Shown piece after piece: positions 41,446-50,143 of a DNA stretch of 64,000 nt (positions within the stretch are counted from its first letter, which is position 1; every line of letters begins with the position of its first letter). The stretch spans positions 394 to 64,393 of the forward strand of contig DGRT01000037.1 of the NCBI GenBank assembly GCA_002391105.1, in the 5' to 3' direction. The position numbers and the translations under genes were made by a program. Under the pieces are notes generated by a model. It saw only the letters and a list, made by a program, of their open reading frames with translations. It was not told where the DNA came from and ran no database searches. The DNA comes from Lachnospiraceae bacterium UBA4381. GTDB taxonomy: Bacteria; Bacillota; Clostridia; Lachnospirales; Lachnospiraceae.

Positions 41446-42256
41446 CTGATAGTCCTCCAGAGTTCAGTTTCAGCTTGGAAACATACATTTTGATCCTGAG
41501 TGAATCCCGAACCATATCATATATGCTTCTGAGCTTTATTTTCGACTTGCTATCCTTGTTGCGTGAGAAGTTTACAACCACAGGCATTTCAACTATTTTA
41601 AAGCCTGCCTTATCTGCGATTGCCATCGTCTCGATATCAAAGGAATACCCACTGGTTCTCACGCGCTTCATTATATACTTTGCTACATCAGTTCTGAATA
41701 GTTTGATTCCGGTCTGAGTGTCCTTCAGTTTTAGTCCGAAAAGAGCTTTGATGAAACAGTAGTAGCCCATGCTCATTACCTTTCTGACAAATGGGTACTC
41801 CACCTGTGAATCCGGATGCATCTTGGAGCCTATTACTATGTCAACCCTTCGACCAGACTTTTCATTTTCCTGACCAGCCGCTCCTGACATTTCCGAAGCA
41901 TCTCCACTGTCTCCCTCAGATTCCTCCAGCTTCTCCATAAAACCCTTCAGCAGATATGGAGGAAGCTCCAGATCAGCATCAAGAAATGCAGTATATTTGG
42001 ATTTGGATGCAAGGATGCCGCGTCTCACAGCATAACCCTTGCCACGATTCTGCTTATAGGTTATATAGCCAACCCTTTTATCCTTTAAAGCCGCTCTCTT
42101 TATTTCAGCTTCAGTTTCATCACTGCTTCCGTCATTTACGACTATGATGCAAAAATCACTGCAAAACCTCTCAACCTGAGTAGCTGTCTCTATTATATTT
42201 CTATATATTCTCTGCCCCTCGTTATAGCAGGGCATTACTATTGTAAGCTGTCTCAT
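41438..42256 (-). CDS. GT2 glycosyltransferase (polyprenyl-phosphate glycosyltransferase-like)
   Basis: PCYNE, NDGS, NRGKG, FLDAD, DTQTGIK, FDIE. Confidence 0.88.
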   Translation of the reverse strand: MRQLTIVMPCYNEGQRIYRNIIETATQVERFCSDFCIIVVNDGSSDETEAEIKRAALKDKRVGYITYKQNRGKGYAVRRGILASKSKYTAFLDADLELPPYLLKGFMEKLEESEGDSGDASEMSGAAGQENEKSGRRVDIVIGSKMHPDSQVEYPFVRKVMSMGYYCFIKALFGLKLKDTQTGIKLFRTDVAKYIMKRVRTSGYSFDIETMAIADKAGFKIVEMPVVVNFSRNKDSKSKIKLRSIYDMVRDSLRIKMYVSKLKLNSGGLSDG

Positions 42257-42257
42257 T

Positions 42258-42352
42258 TCTTTCTGCCATTCTATATTCTTAGTTACTGTCTGTCATTCTA
42301 TATTCTAAGTTACTTTCTGCCATTCTACATTCTAAGTTACTTTCTGCCATTC
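42258..42352. repeat. 27-bp tandem repeat, about 3.5 copies
   Basis: Unit tttctgccattctatattctaagttac. Confidence 0.8.
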
Positions 42353-42395
42353 ACATCCCTTGTAAACATAGAGTCTAACGTTCTGGCACACAGCC

Positions 42396-43481
42396 TTATC
42401 TGTTGGCATACATACCCTCATAATACTTCTGATAGTCACCGCTTGTTACATTCTTCATCCAGTCCTCATTCTCCAGATACCACTTGATTGTAAGACGGAT
42501 ACCATCCTTGAACATGGTCTCAGGATACCAGCCGATCTCAGCCTTGATCTTGTCAGGCGCGATGGCATATCTGCGGTCATGTCCCTTACGGTCTGTAACG
42601 TAAGTTATAAGATCCTTGGTTACATTTGCCTTCCTTGGATCAGAGTCCGGAAGAAGCTCCTGCAGAGTCTCTATGATTATATTTATAATCTCGATATTCT
42701 GCTTCTCATTATGTCCGCCGATGTTATATCTCTCTCCGATACGTCCCTGCTCAGTAGCCATATCTATTCCCTTTGCATGATCCATAACATAGAGCCAGTC
42801 ACGCACGTTCTTGCCATCACCATAAACAGGAAGCTGCTTTCCGGCAAGACAGTTATTGATAATAAGCGGAATCAGCTTCTCCGGGAACTGATAAGGTCCA
42901 TAGTTATTGGAACAGTTTGTTATAACAGCAGGAAAATGATATGTATCAACATAAGCCTTTACCAGAAGATCTGACGATGCCTTACTTGATGAGTAAGGAC
43001 TGTGAGGATCGATTGGTGTAGTCTCGTAGAAGTAAGCATTTGGATCATCCGGAAGTGAACCATATACTTCATCGGTAGAAACATGAAGGAATCTCTTATC
43101 CTCCTTGAAGCTGCCATCCTCATTCTCCCAGGCAGCCTTTGCAGAGTTAAGCATTACAGCAGTACCAAGTACATTTGTCTGTACGAACACTTCAGGGTTC
43201 TTGATAGAACGATCCACATGGGATTCTGCTGCAAAATGTACCACTCTGTCGATATCATTTTCCTCAAATATCTTAGAGATGGCTTCCTTATCACATATAT
43301 CAGCCTTAATAAATGTATAGTTGTCTCTGTTCTCAATATCCTTAAGATTCTCAAGATTACCTGCGTATGTAAGCTTATCAACGTTGATTATACGGATGCT
43401 GTCGCCGTACTTATCAAACATGTAATGGATATAGTTAGAACCTATAAATCCGGCACCACCTGTTACGAGATATGTTTTCAT
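42396..43481 (-). CDS. rfbB: dTDP-glucose 4,6-dehydratase
   Basis: TGGAGFIG, DKLTYAGN, AAESHVDRS, STDEVYG, YSSSK, DRKGHDRRY. Confidence 0.95.
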   Translation of the reverse strand: MKTYLVTGGAGFIGSNYIHYMFDKYGDSIRIINVDKLTYAGNLENLKDIENRDNYTFIKADICDKEAISKIFEENDIDRVVHFAAESHVDRSIKNPEVFVQTNVLGTAVMLNSAKAAWENEDGSFKEDKRFLHVSTDEVYGSLPDDPNAYFYETTPIDPHSPYSSSKASSDLLVKAYVDTYHFPAVITNCSNNYGPYQFPEKLIPLIINNCLAGKQLPVYGDGKNVRDWLYVMDHAKGIDMATEQGRIGERYNIGGHNEKQNIEIINIIIETLQELLPDSDPRKANVTKDLITYVTDRKGHDRRYAIAPDKIKAEIGWYPETMFKDGIRLTIKWYLENEDWMKNVTSGDYQKYYEGMYANR

Positions 43482-43568
43482 AATGTATTCTCCTTTTCCA
43501 ATATTTTAACCCGCTTTCTTTAAGTCCACTAAAAATACTCTTTCTTATCTGTTTCTGATTAATCAGCT

Positions 43569-45155
43569 CTACATTTTCGCCAGTTCTTCAGAAATGAGCC
43601 TGTTAACCTCCGCAGGATCACATTTGCCCTTCATTTCCTTCATTACAAATCCTACGATTGCTCCAACAGCCTTGCCCTTGCCGCTTTTAACATCCTGAAC
43701 AGCCTTTGGATTTGCAGCGATAGCCTTCTGCACAACCGTCAGAAGTTCACCGGAGTCAGTCTTTGTTGAAAGGTTATTGTCAGCAACATACTGTACAGGA
43801 TCCAGATTATCCAGAAATACTGCCTTTTCAAAGACCTCCTTCGCAACTCCGTTGCTGATTTCCTTCGACTCAACCAGCTTTACAAGCTTCGCGAGATTAG
43901 CTCCTGAGAATCTAAGCTGATCAGCATCGAGATCATGCTCCTTCATCAGTCTCTGTGTCTCAACCATAAGCCAGTTAGAGGTTTTCTTCGGATCGGCACC
44001 TTCTCGAACAGCCTCTTCAAAAAGATCTGCCAGCGCCTTTTCTTCCGTTATATGATCCACATCATAGTCCGGAAGACCAAACTCTTCCTTGTAGCGGAGC
44101 TTCTTCTCATCTCGCAGCTCAGGACGGGCATCTCTTATATTATCTATCCACTCCTGGCTAATTACAAGCGGAACAAGGTCGGGATCAGGAAAATATCTGT
44201 AATCCTGCGCATCCTCCTTGGAACGCATCGGATATGAATAGCCCTTTTCATCATCCCATCTGCGGGTTTCCTGAACTACCTTTCCACCTTCCTCGATAAT
44301 GTCTATCTGTCTCTCTATCTCTGCCTCGATACATCTCTTGATAGCTCTGAATGAGTTGAGGTTCTTGGACTCCGTTCTGGTTCCATATTCTGATGAACCC
44401 TTTTCTCTTATCGAAAGATTGACATCTGCTCTCATGGAGCCTTCATTTAATTTACAATCAGAAGCTCCCAGATACTGAACTGTCTCACGAAGCTTTTCCA
44501 GATATGCGATTACTTCCTCCGCAGATCTCATATCCGGCTCTGATACTATTTCTATAAGAGGAACTCCTGAACGGTTGAAGTCAACCCAGGTCTCATCAGT
44601 AAAGCTGTCATGAACCAGCTTTCCGGCATCCTCCTCCATGTGAATCTCATGGATACGAACCGCTTTCTTATAAGTAGCCAGCTTCTTACCCTTTTCTACT
44701 CTTTCTGACTCTACGATATTCTCACAGACATCGTAGGAGCCTATACACGCCTCATCAGCCTTCTCACCGGAAACTGTCCAGAGTGAATGCATTTCCTCCG
44801 GATCTATACCATCAGGATTATCAACCTCTATTATCACATGTCCATTTCTGCATATAGGATAGTAGAGCTGTGATATCTGATAGTTCTGGGGATTGTCAGG
44901 ATAAAAGTAGTTCTTACGGTCAAACTTGGAATTTCTTGTAATATTACAGTTGGTAGCAAGTCCGACAGCTATTGCCTTGTTGACAACCTCCTTGTTCAGT
45001 ACAGGCAGCGAACCGGGCATACCGGAGCATACCGGGCATACATGTGTATTTGGAGCACCTCCAAATTCAGTCGAGCAGCCACAGAATATCTTGGTTTTAG
45101 TATTTAACTCAACATGTACCTCGAGGCCTATCATTACTTCATATTCTTTTGCCAT
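43569..45155 (-). CDS. gatB: Asp/Glu-tRNA amidotransferase subunit B
   Basis: IGLEVHVEL, FDRKNYFYPD, HMEEDAGK, DYRYFPDPDL. Confidence 0.97.
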   Translation of the reverse strand: MAKEYEVMIGLEVHVELNTKTKIFCGCSTEFGGAPNTHVCPVCSGMPGSLPVLNKEVVNKAIAVGLATNCNITRNSKFDRKNYFYPDNPQNYQISQLYYPICRNGHVIIEVDNPDGIDPEEMHSLWTVSGEKADEACIGSYDVCENIVESERVEKGKKLATYKKAVRIHEIHMEEDAGKLVHDSFTDETWVDFNRSGVPLIEIVSEPDMRSAEEVIAYLEKLRETVQYLGASDCKLNEGSMRADVNLSIREKGSSEYGTRTESKNLNSFRAIKRCIEAEIERQIDIIEEGGKVVQETRRWDDEKGYSYPMRSKEDAQDYRYFPDPDLVPLVISQEWIDNIRDARPELRDEKKLRYKEEFGLPDYDVDHITEEKALADLFEEAVREGADPKKTSNWLMVETQRLMKEHDLDADQLRFSGANLAKLVKLVESKEISNGVAKEVFEKAVFLDNLDPVQYVADNNLSTKTDSGELLTVVQKAIAANPKAVQDVKSGKGKAVGAIVGFVMKEMKGKCDPAEVNRLISEELAKM

Positions 45156-45158
45156 GAT

Positions 45159-46742
45159 CTAGACCTCCCTTCCTGATGATGCATTTCCCTGATTATCTGT
45201 CTCAGCATAACCTTCAGATTTCAGATTACCAAGCTCCTCATCACACTTAAGCTTCATATTCTTAAGTCTGTACTGCTCATATGTATAAGCAGTTCTTATT
45301 ATCTTCTTCTCGTCAAAGGTCTGTCCCAGAAGCTGAAGTCCTATAGGAAGTCCTTCGCTGTCCTCTCCACAAGGAAGCGAGATTCCCGGAAGTCCGGCAA
45401 GGTTGACAGACACTGTATATATATCACCCAGATACATCTGAATAGGATCACTCAGCGAATCCCCCAGCTTAAGAGCCGTAGTCGGAGCTACAGGTCCAAG
45501 TATTACGTCATATTTTTCAAATGCAGCATCAAATGCCTGCTTTATAAGAGCCTTGACTCTGAGTGCCTTAACATAGTAAGCATCATAATATCCTGAAGAA
45601 AGCACGAAGGAGCCAAGCATTATACGGCGCTTAACCTCTGCTCCGAAGCCTTCTGAACGTGTCTTTTTATACATATTATGAAGATCTGTATAGTCCTTTG
45701 TTCTGTAACCATACTTAACGCCGTCAAATCTTTCAAGATTGGACGAAGCCTCAGCACAGGCTATTACATAGTAGGCAGGAATAGCATACTCAACCATTCC
45801 CAGGTCGAACTCCTCAACCTCTGCACCAAGCCCCTTAAGGACCTCCGCAGCATCCAGCACTGACTTCTTTACATCCGGTGCTATACCCTCAAGAAAATAA
45901 TCTCTCGGCACACCAATCTTCATTCCCTTTACGTCTGCTGTAAGAGCCTCAGTAAACTTAGTATCTGTTGTTCTTGGATCTCCGGAGGATTCCTTATCTC
46001 CTCCTGCTGATGTGGAGTCCTTTGGATCATAACCTGATATAGCCTCAAGAACAGTCGCACAGTCAGTAACATTTTTCCCCAAAGGTCCTATCTGGTCAAG
46101 AGAAGAACCATAGGCTATAAGACCATATCTTGATACTCTTCCATAGGTTGGCTTGATACCTGTTACGCCACAGAAAGATGCCGGCTGCCTTATAGAGCCG
46201 CCTGTATCAGAGCCAAGAGCAGCAGCACATTCAAGTCCTGCTACGGCTGCCGCAGAACCACCGGATGAACCACCGGGAACACGTGTCATATCACGCGGAT
46301 TCCTGGTCGGGCCAAAGTAAGAAGTCTCTGTAGTGCTTCCCATAGCGAACTCATCCATATTGGTTCTTCCTATGATAACCGCTCCTGCATCCTTCAGCTT
46401 CTGTACTGCAGTCGCTGTATAGGTAGGAACAAAGTTATCCAGAATATGTGAAGCACATGTAGTAAGTGTTCCTTCTATACACATATTGTCCTTGATTGCA
46501 AATGGAACACCGGCCAGAGGACTTAAGCTTTCGCCTGCGGCCTTTTTCTCAGCTATATTTTTATCAGCCTCTTCCGCCATCCTTATAGCGCCTTCAGTAT
46601 CTACAGTTATATATGCATTTATTTCTTTATCCTTTTTGCCTATAGCATCCAGGTATGCCTTTGTAGCTTCGACAGAGGATATCTCTCCCGCTGCTATCTT
46701 CTTACCCAGCTCCACAGCACTAAGTGACAGGATTTCCAGCAT
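45159..46742 (-). CDS. gatA: Asp/Glu-tRNA amidotransferase subunit A
   Basis: NMDEFAMGS, PGGSSGGSAAAV, GSDTGGSIRQPA, EVKRRIMLG. Confidence 0.97.
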   Translation of the reverse strand: MLEILSLSAVELGKKIAAGEISSVEATKAYLDAIGKKDKEINAYITVDTEGAIRMAEEADKNIAEKKAAGESLSPLAGVPFAIKDNMCIEGTLTTCASHILDNFVPTYTATAVQKLKDAGAVIIGRTNMDEFAMGSTTETSYFGPTRNPRDMTRVPGGSSGGSAAAVAGLECAAALGSDTGGSIRQPASFCGVTGIKPTYGRVSRYGLIAYGSSLDQIGPLGKNVTDCATVLEAISGYDPKDSTSAGGDKESSGDPRTTDTKFTEALTADVKGMKIGVPRDYFLEGIAPDVKKSVLDAAEVLKGLGAEVEEFDLGMVEYAIPAYYVIACAEASSNLERFDGVKYGYRTKDYTDLHNMYKKTRSEGFGAEVKRRIMLGSFVLSSGYYDAYYVKALRVKALIKQAFDAAFEKYDVILGPVAPTTALKLGDSLSDPIQMYLGDIYTVSVNLAGLPGISLPCGEDSEGLPIGLQLLGQTFDEKKIIRTAYTYEQYRLKNMKLKCDEELGNLKSEGYAETDNQGNASSGREV

Positions 46743-46837
46743 TTCTTTTCTCCTTGTAATTATATTTACTCTGCCAATATACGCATTACGTGTAGTTTGT
46801 GTGAATTACATACTATTTGATATATATGAATTGAACA

Positions 46838-47000
46838 GAATATAACTTATCGGAACAAAAGGAAAGTCGAACGAAGTGAGACCTTACTTTTGGACGATAA
46901 GTTACCGAAGATTAATACCAGATGCGAAGCATCTGCCCCTACGAAGTAGGGGTAATACATCGAGCGTAGCGAGATGCATTAAGTATTAATCGAAGGAATA
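46838..47000 (+). repeat. GNA-hairpin dispersed element, full copy C (inverted)
   Basis: Reverse complement of copy B with 10 substitutions. Confidence 0.9.
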
Positions 47001-47062
47001 TGTTTACGGTAAAATTAATAGTCACTACCACCTCTATACCGGTACAGGAAGGAGGTGACGGT

Positions 47063-47152
47063 ATGGACAGTTTTTGCACCTTCATATTCTCTATCGTTGG
47101 CAGTATAGTAGCCTATTATATCTGCAAATGGCTGGATAGAGATGACAGGTAG
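47063..47152 (+). CDS. Type I toxin-antitoxin toxin, Fst-like 29-aa membrane peptide
   Basis: MDSFCTFIFSIVGSIVAYYICKWLDRDDR; SD GGAGGTGA at 47051-47058; hydrophobic core, Trp and charged tail; below ORF-track cutoff. Confidence 0.8.
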   Translation: MDSFCTFIFSIVGSIVAYYICKWLDRDDR

Positions 47153-47194
47153 TCAGCCTGAGGGGTTAAGCCTTCCCTCTGTACAAATAGGAAT

Positions 47195-47231
47195 AGAAAA
47201 AGCCACGAGCTAGCACCTCGTGGCTTTTTCT
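47195..47231. terminator. Bidirectional intrinsic terminator of the TA locus
   Basis: agaaaaagccacgag-ctagcac-ctcgtggctttttct, perfect 15-bp inverted repeat. Confidence 0.85.
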
Positions 47232-47270
47232 GTATGGCTTAACGTTTTTGCACCTTCGTTATTATTGCCT
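47195..47270 (-). ncRNA. Putative antisense antitoxin RNA
   Basis: Promoter TTTACA(47305-47300)-17-TATAGT(47282-47277); contains the complement of the 14-bp repeat gtttttgcaccttc also at 47070-47083; ends at the shared terminator. Confidence 0.65.
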
Positions 47271-47353
47271 ATATAAACTATAGCACCACGATTTATACTT
47301 GTAAAGTGTATAATTACCTAAACATATATCCTATTCAAAATCATCATAATTAC

Positions 47354-47638
47354 CTAGAAAGTATTTGGCACAACATATGCATCCTCATTACTTTCAGGTG
47401 CATTTTTCAGCATATTTTCCTTGTCATCACCATTAGTAACCACATCCTCCCTCATAACATTTGAGATAGGAAATGTATGTGACATAGGCTGAACATCTGA
47501 TGTATCCAGTTCATTAAGCTTTCCTACATAATCCAGCATGTCGGAAAGATCTTTTTTAGACTGTTCTTTCTCTTCATCAGAGAGTTCAAGCTTTGCAAGG
47601 ATACCTACATATTCAATGGTTTCATCTGTTATCTGCAT
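47354..47638 (-). CDS. gatC: Asp/Glu-tRNA amidotransferase subunit C
   Basis: ILAKLELS, LNELDT..VQPM, NVMRED, NAPE...YVVP. Confidence 0.94.
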   Translation of the reverse strand: MQITDETIEYVGILAKLELSDEEKEQSKKDLSDMLDYVGKLNELDTSDVQPMSHTFPISNVMREDVVTNGDDKENMLKNAPESNEDAYVVPNTF

Positions 47639-47696
47639 TTGGTTCTCCCTTCATTCGGATAGTCTCATAACCGGCTCCGCCTTGACCGCTTCGCTG

Positions 47697-49448
47697 TCAA
47701 GCCCTTACTTTTATATGTGTTTCTCTGAGCTGGAGCTCTGTTACATCCCCAGGTGCTCCGCACATAAGATCCTGTCCGTTTCCGTTCATTGGGAATGCGA
47801 TAACCTCACGAATGTTCTCTTCATTCTTAAGAAGCATGATCATACGGTCGATTCCGGGTGCCATTCCTGCATGTGGAGGTGCACCAAACTGGAAGGCTGT
47901 ATAAAGCGCCCCGAACTTCTGCTCCAGAACTTCCTTTGAGTAACCGGCTATCTCAAATGCCTTTTCCATGATCTGCATATCATGATTACGAACTGCACCG
48001 GAGGAAAGCTCTACTCCGTTACAAACTATATCATACTGGTAAGCAAGTACCTCCAGTGGATCCTCCTTTTCAAGTGCCTCAAGTCCACCCTGCGGCATAG
48101 AAAATGGATTATGTGTAAATGCAGGCTGTTTGGTTTCCTCATCCAGCTCATACATAGGGAAATCATTTATATAGCAGAAACGATATGCATTCTTCTCCAG
48201 AAGATCCAGTCTGTTACCAAGCTCAGTTCTGATTTGTCCTGCATAAAGAGCAGCATTTGTCTCCTTATCTGCTATAAAGAAGATAGTGTCTCCAACCTCA
48301 AGTCCTGCTGTACTGCGAAGCTCTTCCTTCATATCATCCGGAATAAACTTATCAATAGGTCCCTTGTAGGAGCCATCAGCTTGAACCTCCAGATAACCAA
48401 GTCCACCCATTCCGATTCCCTGGGCAAACTTAAGCATCTTTTCATGCTGACCCTTGCTCAGCTTAGCATGAACATTTATGGCACGAACTGTTTTTCCATG
48501 AAAAGGCTTAAATGTACATCTCTGGAAGAACTCGGAGAGATCGATTATTTCCAGCGGATTTCTGAGATCAGGCTTATCAGTACCATATTTCAGCATGGAC
48601 TCCTTGTAGCTGATAATAGGGAATGGTGCCTGTGTCACTGTATAGCCTTCAGGTGCAAACCTTCCGAACACATCTGACAGAACCTCTTCACCGACCTTAA
48701 ATACATCCTCCTGGGTTGCAAAGCTCATCTCAAAGTCAAGCTGGTAGAACTCGCCAGGAGATCTGTCTGCTCTTGCATCCTCATCTCTAAAGCATGGAGC
48801 TATCTGGAAATATTTATCAAATCCTGAAACCATAAGCAACTGCTTGTACTGCTGAGGTGCCTGTGGGAGTGCATAGAACTTGCCCTTGTAACGACGGGAA
48901 GGAACGATATAGTCACGTGCTCCCTCAGGTGATGAAGCACAGAGAATCGGTGTTGTAATCTCAACAAATCCCATATCCTCCATCTTTCTTCTGATATAGC
49001 TGATAACCTTACTTCTGAAAAGAATATTTTCCTTGACCTTTTCATTTCTAAGATCCAGATATCTGTACTTGAGACGTACATCCTCACGAACCTCCTTGGA
49101 GGTCATGATTTCAAAAGGAAGCTGGCTGTAAACCTTTCCAAGTATATCTATGGAATGAGCTTCAATCTCGATGGTTCCCGTAGGAATCTTTGGATTGTAG
49201 GTCTCCTCATCACGATGCTCCACAAGTCCCTCTACTGATATAGCCTGTTCTCTTGTGATTCCCTCCAGAAGAGTCGTATCACGAAGAACCACCTGCATCA
49301 CTCCATACATATCACGAAGATCTATGAAGGACACACCACCATGATCTCTGATATTCTCGACCCATCCGGCAAGTCTTACATTTGCCCCTACATCCGCCTC
49401 ACTCATCTTGTCGATTGTCTTGTCTCTGTAAATATTTTTCATTTCCAA
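47697..49448 (-). CDS. aspS: Aspartate--tRNA ligase, probably non-discriminating
   Basis: RDHGG, RLKYRYLDLR, PEGARDY, CFRDED.RADR, GAPPHAG; heads the gatCAB operon. Confidence 0.95.
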   Translation of the reverse strand: MEMKNIYRDKTIDKMSEADVGANVRLAGWVENIRDHGGVSFIDLRDMYGVMQVVLRDTTLLEGITREQAISVEGLVEHRDEETYNPKIPTGTIEIEAHSIDILGKVYSQLPFEIMTSKEVREDVRLKYRYLDLRNEKVKENILFRSKVISYIRRKMEDMGFVEITTPILCASSPEGARDYIVPSRRYKGKFYALPQAPQQYKQLLMVSGFDKYFQIAPCFRDEDARADRSPGEFYQLDFEMSFATQEDVFKVGEEVLSDVFGRFAPEGYTVTQAPFPIISYKESMLKYGTDKPDLRNPLEIIDLSEFFQRCTFKPFHGKTVRAINVHAKLSKGQHEKMLKFAQGIGMGGLGYLEVQADGSYKGPIDKFIPDDMKEELRSTAGLEVGDTIFFIADKETNAALYAGQIRTELGNRLDLLEKNAYRFCYINDFPMYELDEETKQPAFTHNPFSMPQGGLEALEKEDPLEVLAYQYDIVCNGVELSSGAVRNHDMQIMEKAFEIAGYSKEVLEQKFGALYTAFQFGAPPHAGMAPGIDRMIMLLKNEENIREVIAFPMNGNGQDLMCGAPGDVTELQLRETHIKVRA

Positions 49449-49494
49449 GTCACTGCCTTTCTATATTATCTTTTTGTAATTGTTATCAATACCA

Positions 49495-49556
49495 TGTGAC
49501 AAGGTGCCTATCCCCATGTCACATTTTGGTGACAAGGTGCCTGTCCCCATGTCACA
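49495..49556. repeat. REP-like palindromic doublet, locus 2
   Basis: Two gtgacaaggtgcctRtccccatgtcac units. Confidence 0.8.
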
Positions 49557-49812
49557 AAAGCCCCGGGGCGCTTAAAAAACACCCCGGGGCGATCAGTTTC
49601 TGTAACTAACCGCGGTACCACCCGCATTTATAACTCTATCATTCTGCCATTACTGATAGGTGACAGTATAGCATTTAACGCTATGCTATAAACGAAGATA
49701 CTCCAAGATTGTTACTGCCCCATTCATCTATATGACCCGCTGGTGGCTCTCAGTCTCAGGCCTCCGCTCCCTGTGATAGTCAGATGAATTGCACATCTCT
49801 TCAATGTATCTA
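49556..49812 (-). promoter_or_regulatory. T-box riboswitch (Asn) leader of aspS-gatC
   Basis: Stem I with AGGGA and ACTGAGAG motifs, specifier AAC at 49711-49713, T-box GCGGGTGGTACCGCGG at 49610-49625, GC terminator 49556-49590. Confidence 0.85.
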
Positions 49813-49980
49813 TTTGTAAGTCAAATGTCTGTTCCAGCAATATATAAGAAGCTAATGCACTTAACAACTCTTCAATCGCTCATACGACATCCTGACCGCC
49901 CCTCACCGGAGCAATTTGCATTATTATAAGTAAGAAATGATATTATTTCAAGTATTAATTATTAGAAACAATTTTGTCTT

Positions 49981-50009
49981 TTGACACTTATATCACATAA
50001 TGATACAAT
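49981..50009 (+). promoter_or_regulatory. Sigma-A promoter
   Basis: TTGACA-17-TACAAT with TG extension. Confidence 0.75.
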
Positions 50010-50143
50010 GTAGTTGCTTTGGGGTTGTCCACTTAGTTCCATGAATTAGTATTATCTGAAACATTTTACTAAGACTATTGATTCCAAGGAATTAAGGCAG
50101 GGTTAGTCAAAGACATAATGTATTTATTTTATAGGGAGGACAT

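Noticed and set aside
46831-47015. gaatat flanking element C as a target-site duplication splitting a toxin promoter
   Set aside because: Similar sequence is part of the element ends in other copies, and the rebuilt TTGAAC/TAAAAT spacing would be only 15 bp.
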